Origin: a virus
Taxonomy: Duplodnaviria; Caudoviricetes
Reading direction: 5' to 3' (one strand)
Virus record (IMG/VR): IMGVR_UViG_3300048598_000585
Coordinates: 1 to 50,742 of that record
DNA: 50,742 nt
In this document: positions 1 through 9,818 of the stretch, piece after piece
Position numbering within the stretch: the stretch's first letter is position 1
Layout: each line of letters starts with the position of its first letter
Made by a program: the position numbers and the translations under genes
The notes under the pieces: model-generated
Databases searched by the model: none
Seen by the model: only the letters and a program-made list of their open reading frames with translations
What the model was told of the DNA's origin: nothing

Positions 1-798
1 CTAGCCCTTGATGATGGTGAGACCACCCTTGATATCGCCGGTCGAGGTGGCGTTGGCGAGCATGAACAGGAACAGACAGGCGCTGGCATCGACCTGCGGG
101 AGCCCCAGCGCGAAGGCGTCGAGCGTATCGCCGGAAACCGGAATTGGGCACAGGATCTCGCCCAGCCGGCGTAGGATCGTGAGTCCGAAGTTGCCCGCCG
201 TCCCGGTCGTGGCCGATAGCTGCACCGACACCACACTGCGGACGCCTGTGTCGCCGACCGCCAGAGGCACCGGAATCATCTGTGCAGCCACCGGCGAGGC
301 GAAGAAGGCAAATGTCGTGGTCGCCGAATCGCCCGCCTGATTCTTGTAGTTGACTGTGATGTTGACCTGCGAAGATCCAGTCGCGGTGTACCAGTCAATC
401 CAAAGTTCGTTGTTGTCGCCATTGCCATCGGGCCGCGTCACGGCGGAACCGGTGAAGGTCTGGAGAGTGGACACGTTGCCCACCAAGCCGGAGTTGTGCC
501 AAAGCCGGTCGGCCAGCACCACAATGCCAGACTGCGCCGAAACCATCCCCTGGAGCCGCGCCAGGTACGCCACATCCGATCCGGAGGGGTTAGTCCACGG
601 GATCGCCCCAGCGGTCGCAGACGTCGGGACATCACCCGCCCCGGTGGACGGGTTAGACCCGCCGCCGGGCTCTCCGGCTGTCTTCCAGAACGACGTCCAG
701 GCGCCGGCTGCCTTCGCCGATTGCGACACCTTGTAGAAGCGCTTCTGCTGTCCGCCAGCCAATGCCGCAACCAACTGATCCATCGTCGAAATCGCCAT
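1..798 (-). CDS. Putative virion/tail-associated protein, paralog of 802..1662
   Basis: 265-aa Gly/Ala/Ser/Thr-rich ORF at the distal end of the tail operon; shares DRLxH, LAVGDTGVxSxVSVQ and DxxACLFL blocks with its neighbour. Confidence 0.6.
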   Translation of the reverse strand: MAISTMDQLVAALAGGQQKRFYKVSQSAKAAGAWTSFWKTAGEPGGGSNPSTGAGDVPTSATAGAIPWTNPSGSDVAYLARLQGMVSAQSGIVVLADRLWHNSGLVGNVSTLQTFTGSAVTRPDGNGDNNELWIDWYTATGSSQVNITVNYKNQAGDSATTTFAFFASPVAAQMIPVPLAVGDTGVRSVVSVQLSATTGTAGNFGLTILRRLGEILCPIPVSGDTLDAFALGLPQVDASACLFLFMLANATSTGDIKGGLTIIKG

Positions 799-801
799 AA
801 G

Positions 802-1662
802 TTAGGCCTCCAAAATGTCGAGCCATCCGCCAATCACTGAAGGGTTGTCAGAGGACGACGTGAGTGCTGCCACCAGGAACAAGCACGCATCCTTGTCGAC
901 CACAGCCAATCCGTGATCGAGTGCATCCTGGGAGGCCGAGGCGTTGCTTTGAGGTGGCCAGGACGAAAACAGATGCGCGATTTCGCGCGCGATGACGACC
1001 GTCTCCACTCTGCCGGCCACGTACTGCAGGCTATTGCACTGGACTGACACGATGCTCTGGACCCCGGTGTCGCCCACCGCGAGCGCGCAGGGCAGCCAGC
1101 GCCCACCGCCCGTATCGCCTTGCCCCATCGGTGCAGTCGTGCTGGTCTGCTTTTGAACACCGTCCTGGTTGATGTAGGTGACACCAATGTTGCCGCCCTG
1201 CGGGTTGCCGGTGACCTCAATCGCGATGCTGTTACCGACGCCCGCGGCCTCGCCGCGCGTCACCGTCGCGCCGTTGATCGCAACCGTGCCATTGGTCACA
1301 CAGGAGAACTGGCAGTGATAGAGACGGTCGTGGAGCCGCAGCGGAGCGCGAAGTGACGGAGTCCCGCCCATCACCGAGGAAGCGCCGCAAAAGAACACAA
1401 ACTTCGACCGAACCAGATAGAGCTTGTTGCCCTCTGGCGGAGCTACCGTCAATCGGAGCGCTCCGGCTGTCGCTGCACTCGGGATTTCGCCCGGTGTGGT
1501 GGGGGCCGAGGCGCCCGGCCCCGGATAGCCGTACGTGCCACCGTAGGGCCACAACGAGAATGCGGAGCCCTGGGTCCACGCCCCTATGCCGTGCCAGTAG
1601 TAGAAATAGAGACGCTGCCGGTGCCGGTGCGCGTTGGCGATGTCGAGCTGACGGGAGATCAT
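802..1662 (-). CDS. Putative virion/tail-associated protein, paralog of 1..798
   Basis: 286 aa; LHDRLYH, LAVGDTGVQSIVSVQ, DKDACLFL blocks; tightly packed in the operon. Confidence 0.6.
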   Translation of the reverse strand: MISRQLDIANAHRHRQRLYFYYWHGIGAWTQGSAFSLWPYGGTYGYPGPGASAPTTPGEIPSAATAGALRLTVAPPEGNKLYLVRSKFVFFCGASSVMGGTPSLRAPLRLHDRLYHCQFSCVTNGTVAINGATVTRGEAAGVGNSIAIEVTGNPQGGNIGVTYINQDGVQKQTSTTAPMGQGDTGGGRWLPCALAVGDTGVQSIVSVQCNSLQYVAGRVETVVIAREIAHLFSSWPPQSNASASQDALDHGLAVVDKDACLFLVAALTSSSDNPSVIGGWLDILEA

Positions 1663-1674
1663 GGTGCCCCCAGC

Positions 1675-2058
1675 TCAGTCCTCCGTGATGGTGATCCCGC
1701 CCGAGGCGAACTTCAGCTGGTCGCCCGAGTTGATGGTCTTCGACGAGGTGAGCGCGCCGTAGTAGAGCATGTTGCCGTTGGTCAGGGCGTCAAACAGCGC
1801 AAAGTAGCTGATCGTGCCCCAGGAGCCGGAGGCCTGATCGAAGACGACATCGGCGTTGTTGGTGATCGTGCCGGCCGACGGTGCGCCGAACGTCACGGCC
1901 TTGCGGGCGTAGTTGTTGCCCGTGACCTCGGTGCCGCCACCGGCCTCGCCCGGAGTCGCGGTGAACAGTCCGACGTAGACGGTTGCGGCCGGCGTATAAG
2001 GTGTGTTCCGCAGAATGTGATTCAACATCGAATCTTCGAGAAAGTCGGTCTTGGACAT
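1675..2058 (-). CDS. Small phage tail-fibre-associated protein (YVGLFTA-P...E-TG--YAR family)
   Basis: 127 aa with the characteristic VYVGLFTATPGEAGGGTEVTGNNYARKAV and WGTISYFALFDA motifs; AGGAG RBS. Confidence 0.75.
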   Translation of the reverse strand: MSKTDFLEDSMLNHILRNTPYTPAATVYVGLFTATPGEAGGGTEVTGNNYARKAVTFGAPSAGTITNNADVVFDQASGSWGTISYFALFDALTNGNMLYYGALTSSKTINSGDQLKFASGGITITED

Positions 2059-2076
2059 GAATATCTCCTGTTGGAA

Positions 2077-2736
2077 TTAGAATGCGAGCCCGTCTGGACT
2101 GGTGACGGTAAAGCCTGCGCCGGAGGCGCGAGTGGCGTCGAGCAGCTTCCGCACCAGATAGGTGCCAATCACGGATTCGGTTACAACCGAGAGGCGCCGA
2201 TATTGCTGTTGGGATGCCTTCCGCATCCACTTGCCCGATGGGAGTTGCAGGGAAGGCACGGCGGTGAGCACCGGCAGGGTGGATGTGACGTCGATCAATG
2301 TGGTCTGGGTGAACTCAGCGGCGAGATTCCCTTTCGCCGCCGGGACACCCGTGCCGACCGTTATCGGAAGTTGCGAGATGCGGTTCAGCCAATCGACGAA
2401 CAACTGCCCGGCAGGGATCAGCCAGGCACCGGAAGCAAGCGAGACTGCGACGAACAGCTGATCCCAGAACAGCAGGTTGCCGGACGGGTCGAACAAACCG
2501 AAGAATCGGGCGACTGGCCAAGGCGCGGTGGCCGTGAACAACACGGGGCGTGTGTTGACGCCGCACAGATTGAGCGTCTCGGCAAACTCCGTGGTGGCCC
2601 TGACGTAGCCGTTACCGATCAATTCAGTGCCCGCATCATTGGCCGCAGGCGGTCGAGTGAACAGGCCGACACTGATGGACGTCGAGATCATGGTGGAGCG
2701 GAATCGGGTCCGTTCCAATTGGTAGCCGACCGGCAT
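2077..2736 (-). CDS. Tail-associated protein; N-terminal half is a diverged copy of 1675..2058
   Basis: VGLFTRPP...GTELIGNGYVR...WPVARFFGLFD aligns by eye with the neighbouring protein. Confidence 0.55.
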   Translation of the reverse strand: MPVGYQLERTRFRSTMISTSISVGLFTRPPAANDAGTELIGNGYVRATTEFAETLNLCGVNTRPVLFTATAPWPVARFFGLFDPSGNLLFWDQLFVAVSLASGAWLIPAGQLFVDWLNRISQLPITVGTGVPAAKGNLAAEFTQTTLIDVTSTLPVLTAVPSLQLPSGKWMRKASQQQYRRLSVVTESVIGTYLVRKLLDATRASGAGFTVTSPDGLAF

Positions 2737-2738
2737 CT

Positions 2739-3560
2739 TCAGGCCACCTTCACCATCAAGCCAGGATCGGTGTTTTCACTCAGGACAAGCCAGGAACCGC
2801 CGTCATAGGCGATCACCGTGCCTCGGGCGACCGCAGAGTTCAGCACCAGCGCGTCCCACATGTAACCTACACAGCGCAGCGTGCCGGACTGCTGGCCGGT
2901 TCCGCTGGTCTGGAAGCTGAGGCAACGAGCCTCATAGAATTCGTTCGAATCATCGAACCAAAGGGGCTTGCTGTAGCTGTTGACGCCATACAGATACCAC
3001 TGACCGCTTCCGGTCCGCCCTTGCCCATTCAGCTGCGAGTACTGGCCCTGGTTGGCAGCGAACATGCCGGCCGGAATGGAGCCCGCAGCGCTGGTCGGTC
3101 CAATGGCGAGCACCGCCTCAGTAACCAGTCCCGACAGAAACGGCGGGACGTACGGAACCGCGAAGAAGAAGCTTTGGCTGGCCGGGCACGGAATGGCTTC
3201 GCGCACCACATAGGCATAGAACGGATTGGCGATGACGCGGAAGTTGTAGCCCGCCCCGACCGTGACCGCAAAGTCTGCCTGCGTTTGCAGGCTGGAGTTG
3301 GGCCCATTGGCCAGGACACTCGAGGCGTTGAGCATCGGCAGCACGGGGCCCGATCCGTATCGCCGGATCCACAGGTCTCCCCGCAAGCTCTGCGGGGTCT
3401 GGGCACTGCGGAGCCGCCAGATTGCATCCTGTGAACCATCCTTGGCGATCGACCAGCCCGCCGAAAGCAGCACGTTCCTGAGTCCCGCAATGAAGCTGTC
3501 GGCGGAACTACCGTCGATCAATGTGTTGACGATAGTCTGACCCGAATAGATGACGCCCAT
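2739..3560 (-). CDS. Hypothetical tail-region protein (~273 aa)
   Basis: ATG at 3560 overlaps the stop of the upstream gene, GGAGG RBS; start trimmed from the longer ORF. Confidence 0.6.
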   Translation of the reverse strand: MGVIYSGQTIVNTLIDGSSADSFIAGLRNVLLSAGWSIAKDGSQDAIWRLRSAQTPQSLRGDLWIRRYGSGPVLPMLNASSVLANGPNSSLQTQADFAVTVGAGYNFRVIANPFYAYVVREAIPCPASQSFFFAVPYVPPFLSGLVTEAVLAIGPTSAAGSIPAGMFAANQGQYSQLNGQGRTGSGQWYLYGVNSYSKPLWFDDSNEFYEARCLSFQTSGTGQQSGTLRCVGYMWDALVLNSAVARGTVIAYDGGSWLVLSENTDPGLMVKVA

Positions 3561-4771
3561 TATTGGACCTCCATTTCCAGTGCGATATTGAAGCCGAGGC
3601 CTGACGAGACGGCTGCGTTGAGCACTATCGGCCGAATGAGATCGCCTGGCAGAATCTCGATGTTGGCGACGGCATCTGTCGTGAGAATGCTCTCGACGTT
3701 GGGAGCGAAGGACAGAGGCTGGCCTGGCGGAAACAGTGAATGCCACGATCCAGCACGCCAGACCTGCAAGTCGATCTCAGTTGCAGTGCCAATCGGAGGT
3801 TGGCGCACCATCGCATAGATCATGGCCGGCGTAGTACGGCGGGTCGCGATATATCTCACCCCGTAGTCAATGCCAGGTTGCGGCTGCTCACTCAGCCCAA
3901 ACAGGATGGTGGCGCGGTCCCAGCCAGGCACCGAATCGCCGTCGAGGCGAATAGAACACATCAGGCCGCTCGCATAGCCAGGCCCATTGCCAGCGCTGAT
4001 GACATCAATCCGCAGCAGATTGCCGGGTGCGAGTTGTGACCCCGCGGTGAATTGTGAAAACGCAACGACGCCGTTGAAGCCCGGAGGGATCACGACAGGG
4101 GTTGCGAGAACCGAGACCCACGTCTCGCCGCTATCGATTGAGCGCAGCACATCGAAGATGAAGTCGCCTGAAGCTTGTGGCGAGGCCAGATGAGCAAAGA
4201 GCGCACCAGGGCGTGACGGGCGAATGACGATGTGACGTGCCCCGAAGTCCGCACCCACCAGAATGGGGCGGCCCATCCCGGCTGAGAAGGTGGCACGATC
4301 CGCCACGCCATAGCCATAGGCGCCGCCACTGCCGCCTCCGCCACCCGAGGCGCTGATCTCCAGTTCGTTGTTACCAAGGACGCGCATCTGGACGTTCTCG
4401 CCCGCAACGAGCGAGACTGTGCCGGACAGCCCATTGACGGACTGGACGACTCCCGATGGGTCGAAGGCGATAGTGATGCGCCGGGTAGCCGCATCCTTGG
4501 TGATTACCAAGCCCTGACCAATCAGCGTGACGTTTCCGTCCAGTCCGTTGAGCGCCGACACGATGGTGGCGGGCAGGTCCATGACGGAGACAGTGAGCTT
4601 GCGCTGGGTCTCGTCCTGCGCAATCCCGACGTGCTGGCCGGGCTTCAAGATGACATCGCCCGTCAGCTTGACGCCGGCGTTCTCAGCGCGCAGGCTCGTC
4701 ACGCCCGCATCACCGGTTGCGGCCAGCGGCAACGTGGCCTGTTTCGGCCCGAGGATGACGGTGCCGCTCAT
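3560..4771 (-). CDS. Tail fibre/receptor-binding-like protein with N-terminal VxSxNGLxGxVxL repeats and two tandem C-terminal beta domains
   Basis: Three repeats (VTSLRA..LTGDVIL, VSALNGLDGNVTL, VQSVNGLSGTVSL), Gly linker, then two DRAT...PGxLxR modules. Confidence 0.6.
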   Translation of the reverse strand: MSGTVILGPKQATLPLAATGDAGVTSLRAENAGVKLTGDVILKPGQHVGIAQDETQRKLTVSVMDLPATIVSALNGLDGNVTLIGQGLVITKDAATRRITIAFDPSGVVQSVNGLSGTVSLVAGENVQMRVLGNNELEISASGGGGGSGGAYGYGVADRATFSAGMGRPILVGADFGARHIVIRPSRPGALFAHLASPQASGDFIFDVLRSIDSGETWVSVLATPVVIPPGFNGVVAFSQFTAGSQLAPGNLLRIDVISAGNGPGYASGLMCSIRLDGDSVPGWDRATILFGLSEQPQPGIDYGVRYIATRRTTPAMIYAMVRQPPIGTATEIDLQVWRAGSWHSLFPPGQPLSFAPNVESILTTDAVANIEILPGDLIRPIVLNAAVSSGLGFNIALEMEVQ

Positions 4772-7700
4772 TCCATCACCACCCTCACGTTTCGCAGGTT
4801 GTGGTCGGTCGAGTCGAGATCCACTTGGATGGTGGCGCCCGCCCCGAGATTTCCCGCGGCCAGTCCGTCAATCAAGTTCGAGCGCGTTTCGCCTGACCCG
4901 GTTCGCAGGTCCAGCCACGGTCGACCGTTTACCTTGACCTGGATGGTGACAGCCCCCTCCGTCTGGTCGCGCACCCCCGAGTAGCGTGGCTTCGATGTGA
5001 GGCTGAACTCTGGAGCTTCGTCGATCGCACTGCTCTCGCCGGCTGGGACGGAGGCGACGCGGTAGAGCCCGCAGGAATCACCGACAACGAAAGCGGCATA
5101 GACGTGAATGGTGTCCACCCACGACAGCGGGCACTCCGGCAAACCCTGGAGTTCGATTCGAACAGCGCTGCCGGTCGCACCGCTGGGCGCTGACAGAGCC
5201 GACGGTGCCGATTCCTGGCCGCTCCCGGCCCACGTAGTGGCGTAGCGGCGGCCGGGCGCACGCACACCCAGTTGGTTTGTGACGTTGAACTCGGTCGCGA
5301 TTTGAACACCAAAACCACTCGGCAAGACGTTATTCGCAGCAGCGACCCCGATGGTGCCGGGATTGCCCAGTGGGTCGATGATCCAGACCCCCGACTGGTT
5401 CCCGTCCATCTCGCAGCGGTAATGCGCTCCGAAGACCGGATCGCTATTCAGCCACTGGCAGATTGCGCGGCCCAAGTCTCCCGCGGTCACCAGCGGAAGA
5501 TGGTCGCCGAAGCGAAAGGGCGCGGCTGTTTCGACGTGCGTGCCAGCTGAGACATCGGAAACCACCACCCCGAACTGGCAGTCCTCGGCCAAGTCCAGCG
5601 GGATGACAGCGTTCTCGTTGTTGGCCACGCCATCGATCCAGGTCGCAGGATCGCCGACCAGGCCGGCCCAAACGCGAAGTAAGGCGGTGCGCTGGTGCGC
5701 GCCCGGCGTGACGGCGGCGACTGAAGGAGGCGTCGGGATGGCCATTACTTCCGCGACAACGTCCGCGGTCGTTGCGGTCAAGCCTCCCGAGCACGACGCC
5801 AGCACGGCGCCGGAGGCGCCACGGATGCTCTGGATGAAGCAGTAGGCCCACTCGGCGGTCGCAAAATACTCGGCAGCAAATTCCGCCTGGGCGTTCAAAT
5901 GAGCGGCCAGTGCACGTGCCGCGTCCGACAGTGTTTCAGCCGCGGGCACGATATTGCCGTACTCAAGGACTGGCATGGGCCCGATTGGTTCAAGCGTCAC
6001 CGTGATGCTGGATTCCGCCTCGAGTGTGCCGTCGAGCAGGATCGATCCGCTGCCGGCCCACGGCAGTGCCTCCGCCCAAATGGCGCTAAACGCTGTGGCC
6101 ACCGGTACCGTTGCGTCTACGAAGGCATCGACCATTCGACCGGAAGGCACTGCTGGGTGAACGAACTCGAACCTCTGATTACCGAGAGTCCGGAGTCGGC
6201 CAGTCGCCTGCTCGAGGTAGGGCGTGAGGTAATTGTGTGAGGCAAGTTGGCCCCGCACCGCCACCAAGCTGCGATTAGGAAGGGCCAGCGTCCGCTCCCA
6301 GGTGGCAGCCTTCCCGGATGTCCAGAAGGAGGCGTCGATTGTGAGTACCTCGGTGGTGATCTCACACCTGTAGAGACGCGGGTCGCTGTAGACTTCATCG
6401 CCCGGTGCGATCTGGTCATATGCCCGCTCGACAGTCAGGCGTGTGCCATCCGCCTCGATTCCCGCAATATAGCGGACATCACCGACGTTGGGATCTTGCG
6501 TGGGCGCGATCAGAGTGTCGCCCAACCTCCAGCCCAAGGCCGCAACCGTCAAGACGGCATCTCGGTCGACCTCAGTGGCGATAGCGGCCAGTCGAGCATG
6601 GACAGCGGCCTGCGAGCCCCCCCGGCCCCGCCTGGCGTAAAACTCCCCCGTATCGAGCCACCCGGCCACTGCACCGGATTCATAACTGGGTACGACGCGG
6701 GTCACTTCGAGGATCTCGCCGCCGCAGTAGAGAAGCTGGCCGACGCGCGGCACAACACCCTGGTAGCCGAACGGCCCTTCGCCTTCGGCATCTGGAATCC
6801 CCCCGATGACGCGTGTGTAGCCGCTGGTCGTTTCGTCAATAGTCAGGATGTCGAAACTGGCCTGCCGCACCCGCGCAGCCCCGCGTTTGCAGATGAGTCG
6901 CCCGATCCGCACAGTGCCGTCGCCAGGCACCACCAGATCGAACGACCATTCGCTCGGCACACCGTTCGGGTCACCCGCGCCCGGAGTGTAGGTGACGGCG
7001 GCCGGACGCGGTCCCGTCATGTACTCGTAGCAGGACTCCGCAACCGTGGAGCCGCTGTAGTCAATGCCCCAATCCTTGCGCAATCGCCAATGCTGCACCC
7101 GGAAGACAGCGCGGCTGTCCGGCAGTTCTTCGTGCGTCAGTGAACAGCACATGCCCGGATCGACGGCGAGGCTGATCACAGTGGAGGCAAACTGGAGCCG
7201 CCTGGCCTTCACCTGCTCGGTCTCGATGACGCCGCCGAGGGTTTCACGCAGCCGGCCGATACAGACCCGTGCGGCCTGCGAGGGAGTCGGGCAGCCCACG
7301 AGGTTCATCTGCGCGGACTTCTTGACCTCGATGTTTCCGGAGCCAAGCCGCCAAGCCTGGTCTTCGTCGTAGAGGTCGACGTTCGACAGCTCCCAGTTGT
7401 TGTCGCAGTTCCCGAAGCGTACGGTCAGGTGGTTGTAGTCGGGATCGATCGGCTCCACCTGGAGCGAATCAGCGACGATGTTTCCTGGGCCGAATGCCTG
7501 GACCGGGGTGGCGTTGGATCGGATACCGATGCGCAGCTTGTTGTTGCGAAACGTGAAGTAGAGCAGGGCTCCCTGGGCGATTTCGGTCAACCAGTCCCGT
7601 AACGGTTTCTCCTCCCCGAGTCTTCCGCAGAAGACAAATTGTGTCTCTGTCGTCTGCTGGCTGCCGCTGTCCCAGTAGCCGTTCCCGCTCGTATCGGTGG

Positions 7701-9417
7701 GCACCCAGATCCGGGGTGTTCGGTCGATGATGCAGGGCACCTCCAGATCGCAAATCGCGGCAGTCGCGTGGCAGGCTGCGAGATCGAATTGGCCCACCTG
7801 CTCGGCAGGATCGATCTCGGCGTAGTGCAATGCCCGCGCCCGCAGCAACACATTGACCATCACCCAGGCCGGATTCGTGAGTGGGGCTGCCCAGCGACGT
7901 GAGTTGGCGTCCAGCGGATCATCCCAGACCCAGCCGCCAACGCCAGCCGTGATCGCCACGGTGATCTGGTGGTCGCCGATCCGGGAGAGTTGGAGGCCCG
8001 AGGCATCCTTCTTCCGGATCTCGACGAAGGCAGTGCCGGCAGCCGTGGTCGAGTTTGGATAAATCCACACATTGCCCGGCCCTGCGTGGGAAAGGCCAAA
8101 CGGCGCCGCCTGAGGGTCGTTGCCGATCACTCCCCGCCAACCGAGATTGCCAGGCCCATGCGGTGGAGCGCCATCGAGATACTGCCTCAACGGCGAGGCG
8201 TAGCCTCCGATCGGCCCCTCGCTCACCACCCCAAGACCAGAAGCGAAATCTCCCTCCTCGCGGAAGCCGGCCAGAATTGCGGGCACTATCATTTCGCGGT
8301 CCGTGTAAACCTCCGGGATTGGCAGGTCATAGATGGTGTCCGCGATGATCGTGGTCGTTGTCATCCTTGGACGGCCCGACTGGCTGTTGTCGCGGGTCGT
8401 CACCGGTTGGGGCTGCAGCATGATCCCGCCGAAGCGGTTCTGATTCGCCAGTCGCGTGCAGGTGGCGAAGGTCTTGTCGCAGGCTTCATCATCACCCTGG
8501 TAGGCGCAGGCGTAAGACTTGAACCGCTTCCAACAGGTATGCGCAGCCCGGCGGCGCGGGTATTTCTGCAGGAGTTCGAAGATCCCGTCCTGGACCGTGA
8601 TCTCGAACGTCGCACCCTTGGCAACCCACCTCGCCAGGCAGCCTCCCCAGATGTCGATTCGCGCGGCAGTCTGGACGTGATAGGCACTGAACTGCACTTG
8701 GGCGTTGTCGAGCGCGACCTGGTCGCTCAGCAGTTTTAGCACGCGGTCGGCATTGGCGAGCACAAACCTGGCCACATCACTGTCGTTCCCAATCGACTGG
8801 CTGATGCCATCCCAGTCGAGGAGGCGCGCTTGATACAACGTCCCGCCGAGAGTGCAGTAGCGATCAGACAAGTGGAGAGCATGGGAGGGCTCCGTTTTCG
8901 ACTCGTGGGTCACGATGTCCAGCAGTGGGACGAGCGTCTGGACCGGCGCCGCGAGATGTTGTTCGAAGGCGCCGTCAGGATATCGATTTATCGTACTGTC
9001 GACAGCGTAGGAGGGCGGAGCCTCCGGCACCTCAATCAGCGTCACACCGACACTCGCAATCAAGTCCGCAACGTGGCTGATCGAAAGCGCGGGCTCAGCG
9101 AATCGGCACACGACGCGGCGAGTGCCTGCGCCGCTGGATATGGGAGCGTCGAAGTAGAACTGCCCATACGCACCCGAGTGATCCTCCCAGAACGCCCTCA
9201 ATGTGTCGATCTGCGACGGCCGCAGGGAGTCAAATCGCAGCACGTAGCGGCGTGCACCGTCACCCAGGTAGAAACGCTGTTCGACCTTGCGATTGCCGGA
9301 TTCAAAGGTGTGGACAGCAACCTGTGGTTCTATGACGTGAGACCAGCCCCAATCCGGCCTGAGTGGGAAGACACCTTCAGTAGTAACTTCCGGCACATCA
9401 ATGGGACCGAGCTTCAT
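4768..9417 (-). CDS. Large tail tip/hub protein (Dit-like N-terminus + hub + host-specificity region)
   Basis: 1549 aa downstream of tape measure/Dit; CWKRFK..C..C Cys cluster and LTNPAW motif typical of tail-tip proteins. Confidence 0.75.
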   Translation of the reverse strand: MKLGPIDVPEVTTEGVFPLRPDWGWSHVIEPQVAVHTFESGNRKVEQRFYLGDGARRYVLRFDSLRPSQIDTLRAFWEDHSGAYGQFYFDAPISSGAGTRRVVCRFAEPALSISHVADLIASVGVTLIEVPEAPPSYAVDSTINRYPDGAFEQHLAAPVQTLVPLLDIVTHESKTEPSHALHLSDRYCTLGGTLYQARLLDWDGISQSIGNDSDVARFVLANADRVLKLLSDQVALDNAQVQFSAYHVQTAARIDIWGGCLARWVAKGATFEITVQDGIFELLQKYPRRRAAHTCWKRFKSYACAYQGDDEACDKTFATCTRLANQNRFGGIMLQPQPVTTRDNSQSGRPRMTTTTIIADTIYDLPIPEVYTDREMIVPAILAGFREEGDFASGLGVVSEGPIGGYASPLRQYLDGAPPHGPGNLGWRGVIGNDPQAAPFGLSHAGPGNVWIYPNSTTAAGTAFVEIRKKDASGLQLSRIGDHQITVAITAGVGGWVWDDPLDANSRRWAAPLTNPAWVMVNVLLRARALHYAEIDPAEQVGQFDLAACHATAAICDLEVPCIIDRTPRIWVPTDTSGNGYWDSGSQQTTETQFVFCGRLGEEKPLRDWLTEIAQGALLYFTFRNNKLRIGIRSNATPVQAFGPGNIVADSLQVEPIDPDYNHLTVRFGNCDNNWELSNVDLYDEDQAWRLGSGNIEVKKSAQMNLVGCPTPSQAARVCIGRLRETLGGVIETEQVKARRLQFASTVISLAVDPGMCCSLTHEELPDSRAVFRVQHWRLRKDWGIDYSGSTVAESCYEYMTGPRPAAVTYTPGAGDPNGVPSEWSFDLVVPGDGTVRIGRLICKRGAARVRQASFDILTIDETTSGYTRVIGGIPDAEGEGPFGYQGVVPRVGQLLYCGGEILEVTRVVPSYESGAVAGWLDTGEFYARRGRGGSQAAVHARLAAIATEVDRDAVLTVAALGWRLGDTLIAPTQDPNVGDVRYIAGIEADGTRLTVERAYDQIAPGDEVYSDPRLYRCEITTEVLTIDASFWTSGKAATWERTLALPNRSLVAVRGQLASHNYLTPYLEQATGRLRTLGNQRFEFVHPAVPSGRMVDAFVDATVPVATAFSAIWAEALPWAGSGSILLDGTLEAESSITVTLEPIGPMPVLEYGNIVPAAETLSDAARALAAHLNAQAEFAAEYFATAEWAYCFIQSIRGASGAVLASCSGGLTATTADVVAEVMAIPTPPSVAAVTPGAHQRTALLRVWAGLVGDPATWIDGVANNENAVIPLDLAEDCQFGVVVSDVSAGTHVETAAPFRFGDHLPLVTAGDLGRAICQWLNSDPVFGAHYRCEMDGNQSGVWIIDPLGNPGTIGVAAANNVLPSGFGVQIATEFNVTNQLGVRAPGRRYATTWAGSGQESAPSALSAPSGATGSAVRIELQGLPECPLSWVDTIHVYAAFVVGDSCGLYRVASVPAGESSAIDEAPEFSLTSKPRYSGVRDQTEGAVTIQVKVNGRPWLDLRTGSGETRSNLIDGLAAGNLGAGATIQVDLDSTDHNLRNVRVVME

Positions 9418-9818
9418 CAGCCAGCTACCTCCACCAATTCGAACGACAGGTCTGATCTGCCGAGCCCGTAGGTCGACTCCAAACGGTTCGCGAAGCGAAC
9501 ACAGTAGCGGCCGATTGTCTCCGCCCCAGTCGGATCATGGCTGAAGCAGGGCGCCGTCTCGGCCGGATCATAGAACCAGAACGTTCGGAGTGGCCCCCCC
9601 AGACTCTCGTAGAAGCTCACAACTGAGTCGACCTGCGGAGGTGTGCAGCGCCGCGATAGGCGCCAACTCCGGCGCGTCTCATCCACCAATGCGCGCCGGA
9701 TCGAGTCACCGGATGGAAACTCATTCGTGAGCACACTGCCGGTTCTGGTCTGCTCGAACAGTTTCGACAAGCCCCACGGCATCACCAACGTGGGGCTCTC
9801 CACGGAAACGTTCGTCAC
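9417..9818 (-). CDS. Distal tail (Dit/gpM-like) protein
   Basis: 133 aa immediately after tape measure; FYESLGG..FWFYDP, VRF, ELVEV pattern. Confidence 0.7.
   Translation of the reverse strand: MTNVSVESPTLVMPWGLSKLFEQTRTGSVLTNEFPSGDSIRRALVDETRRSWRLSRRCTPPQVDSVVSFYESLGGPLRTFWFYDPAETAPCFSHDPTGAETIGRYCVRFANRLESTYGLGRSDLSFELVEVAG

Noticed and set aside
1-1662. Possible diversity-generating retroelement (TR/VR) in the paralogous tail genes
   Set aside because: Similarity is at protein level with differences at all base types, not adenine-specific; no reverse transcriptase in the window
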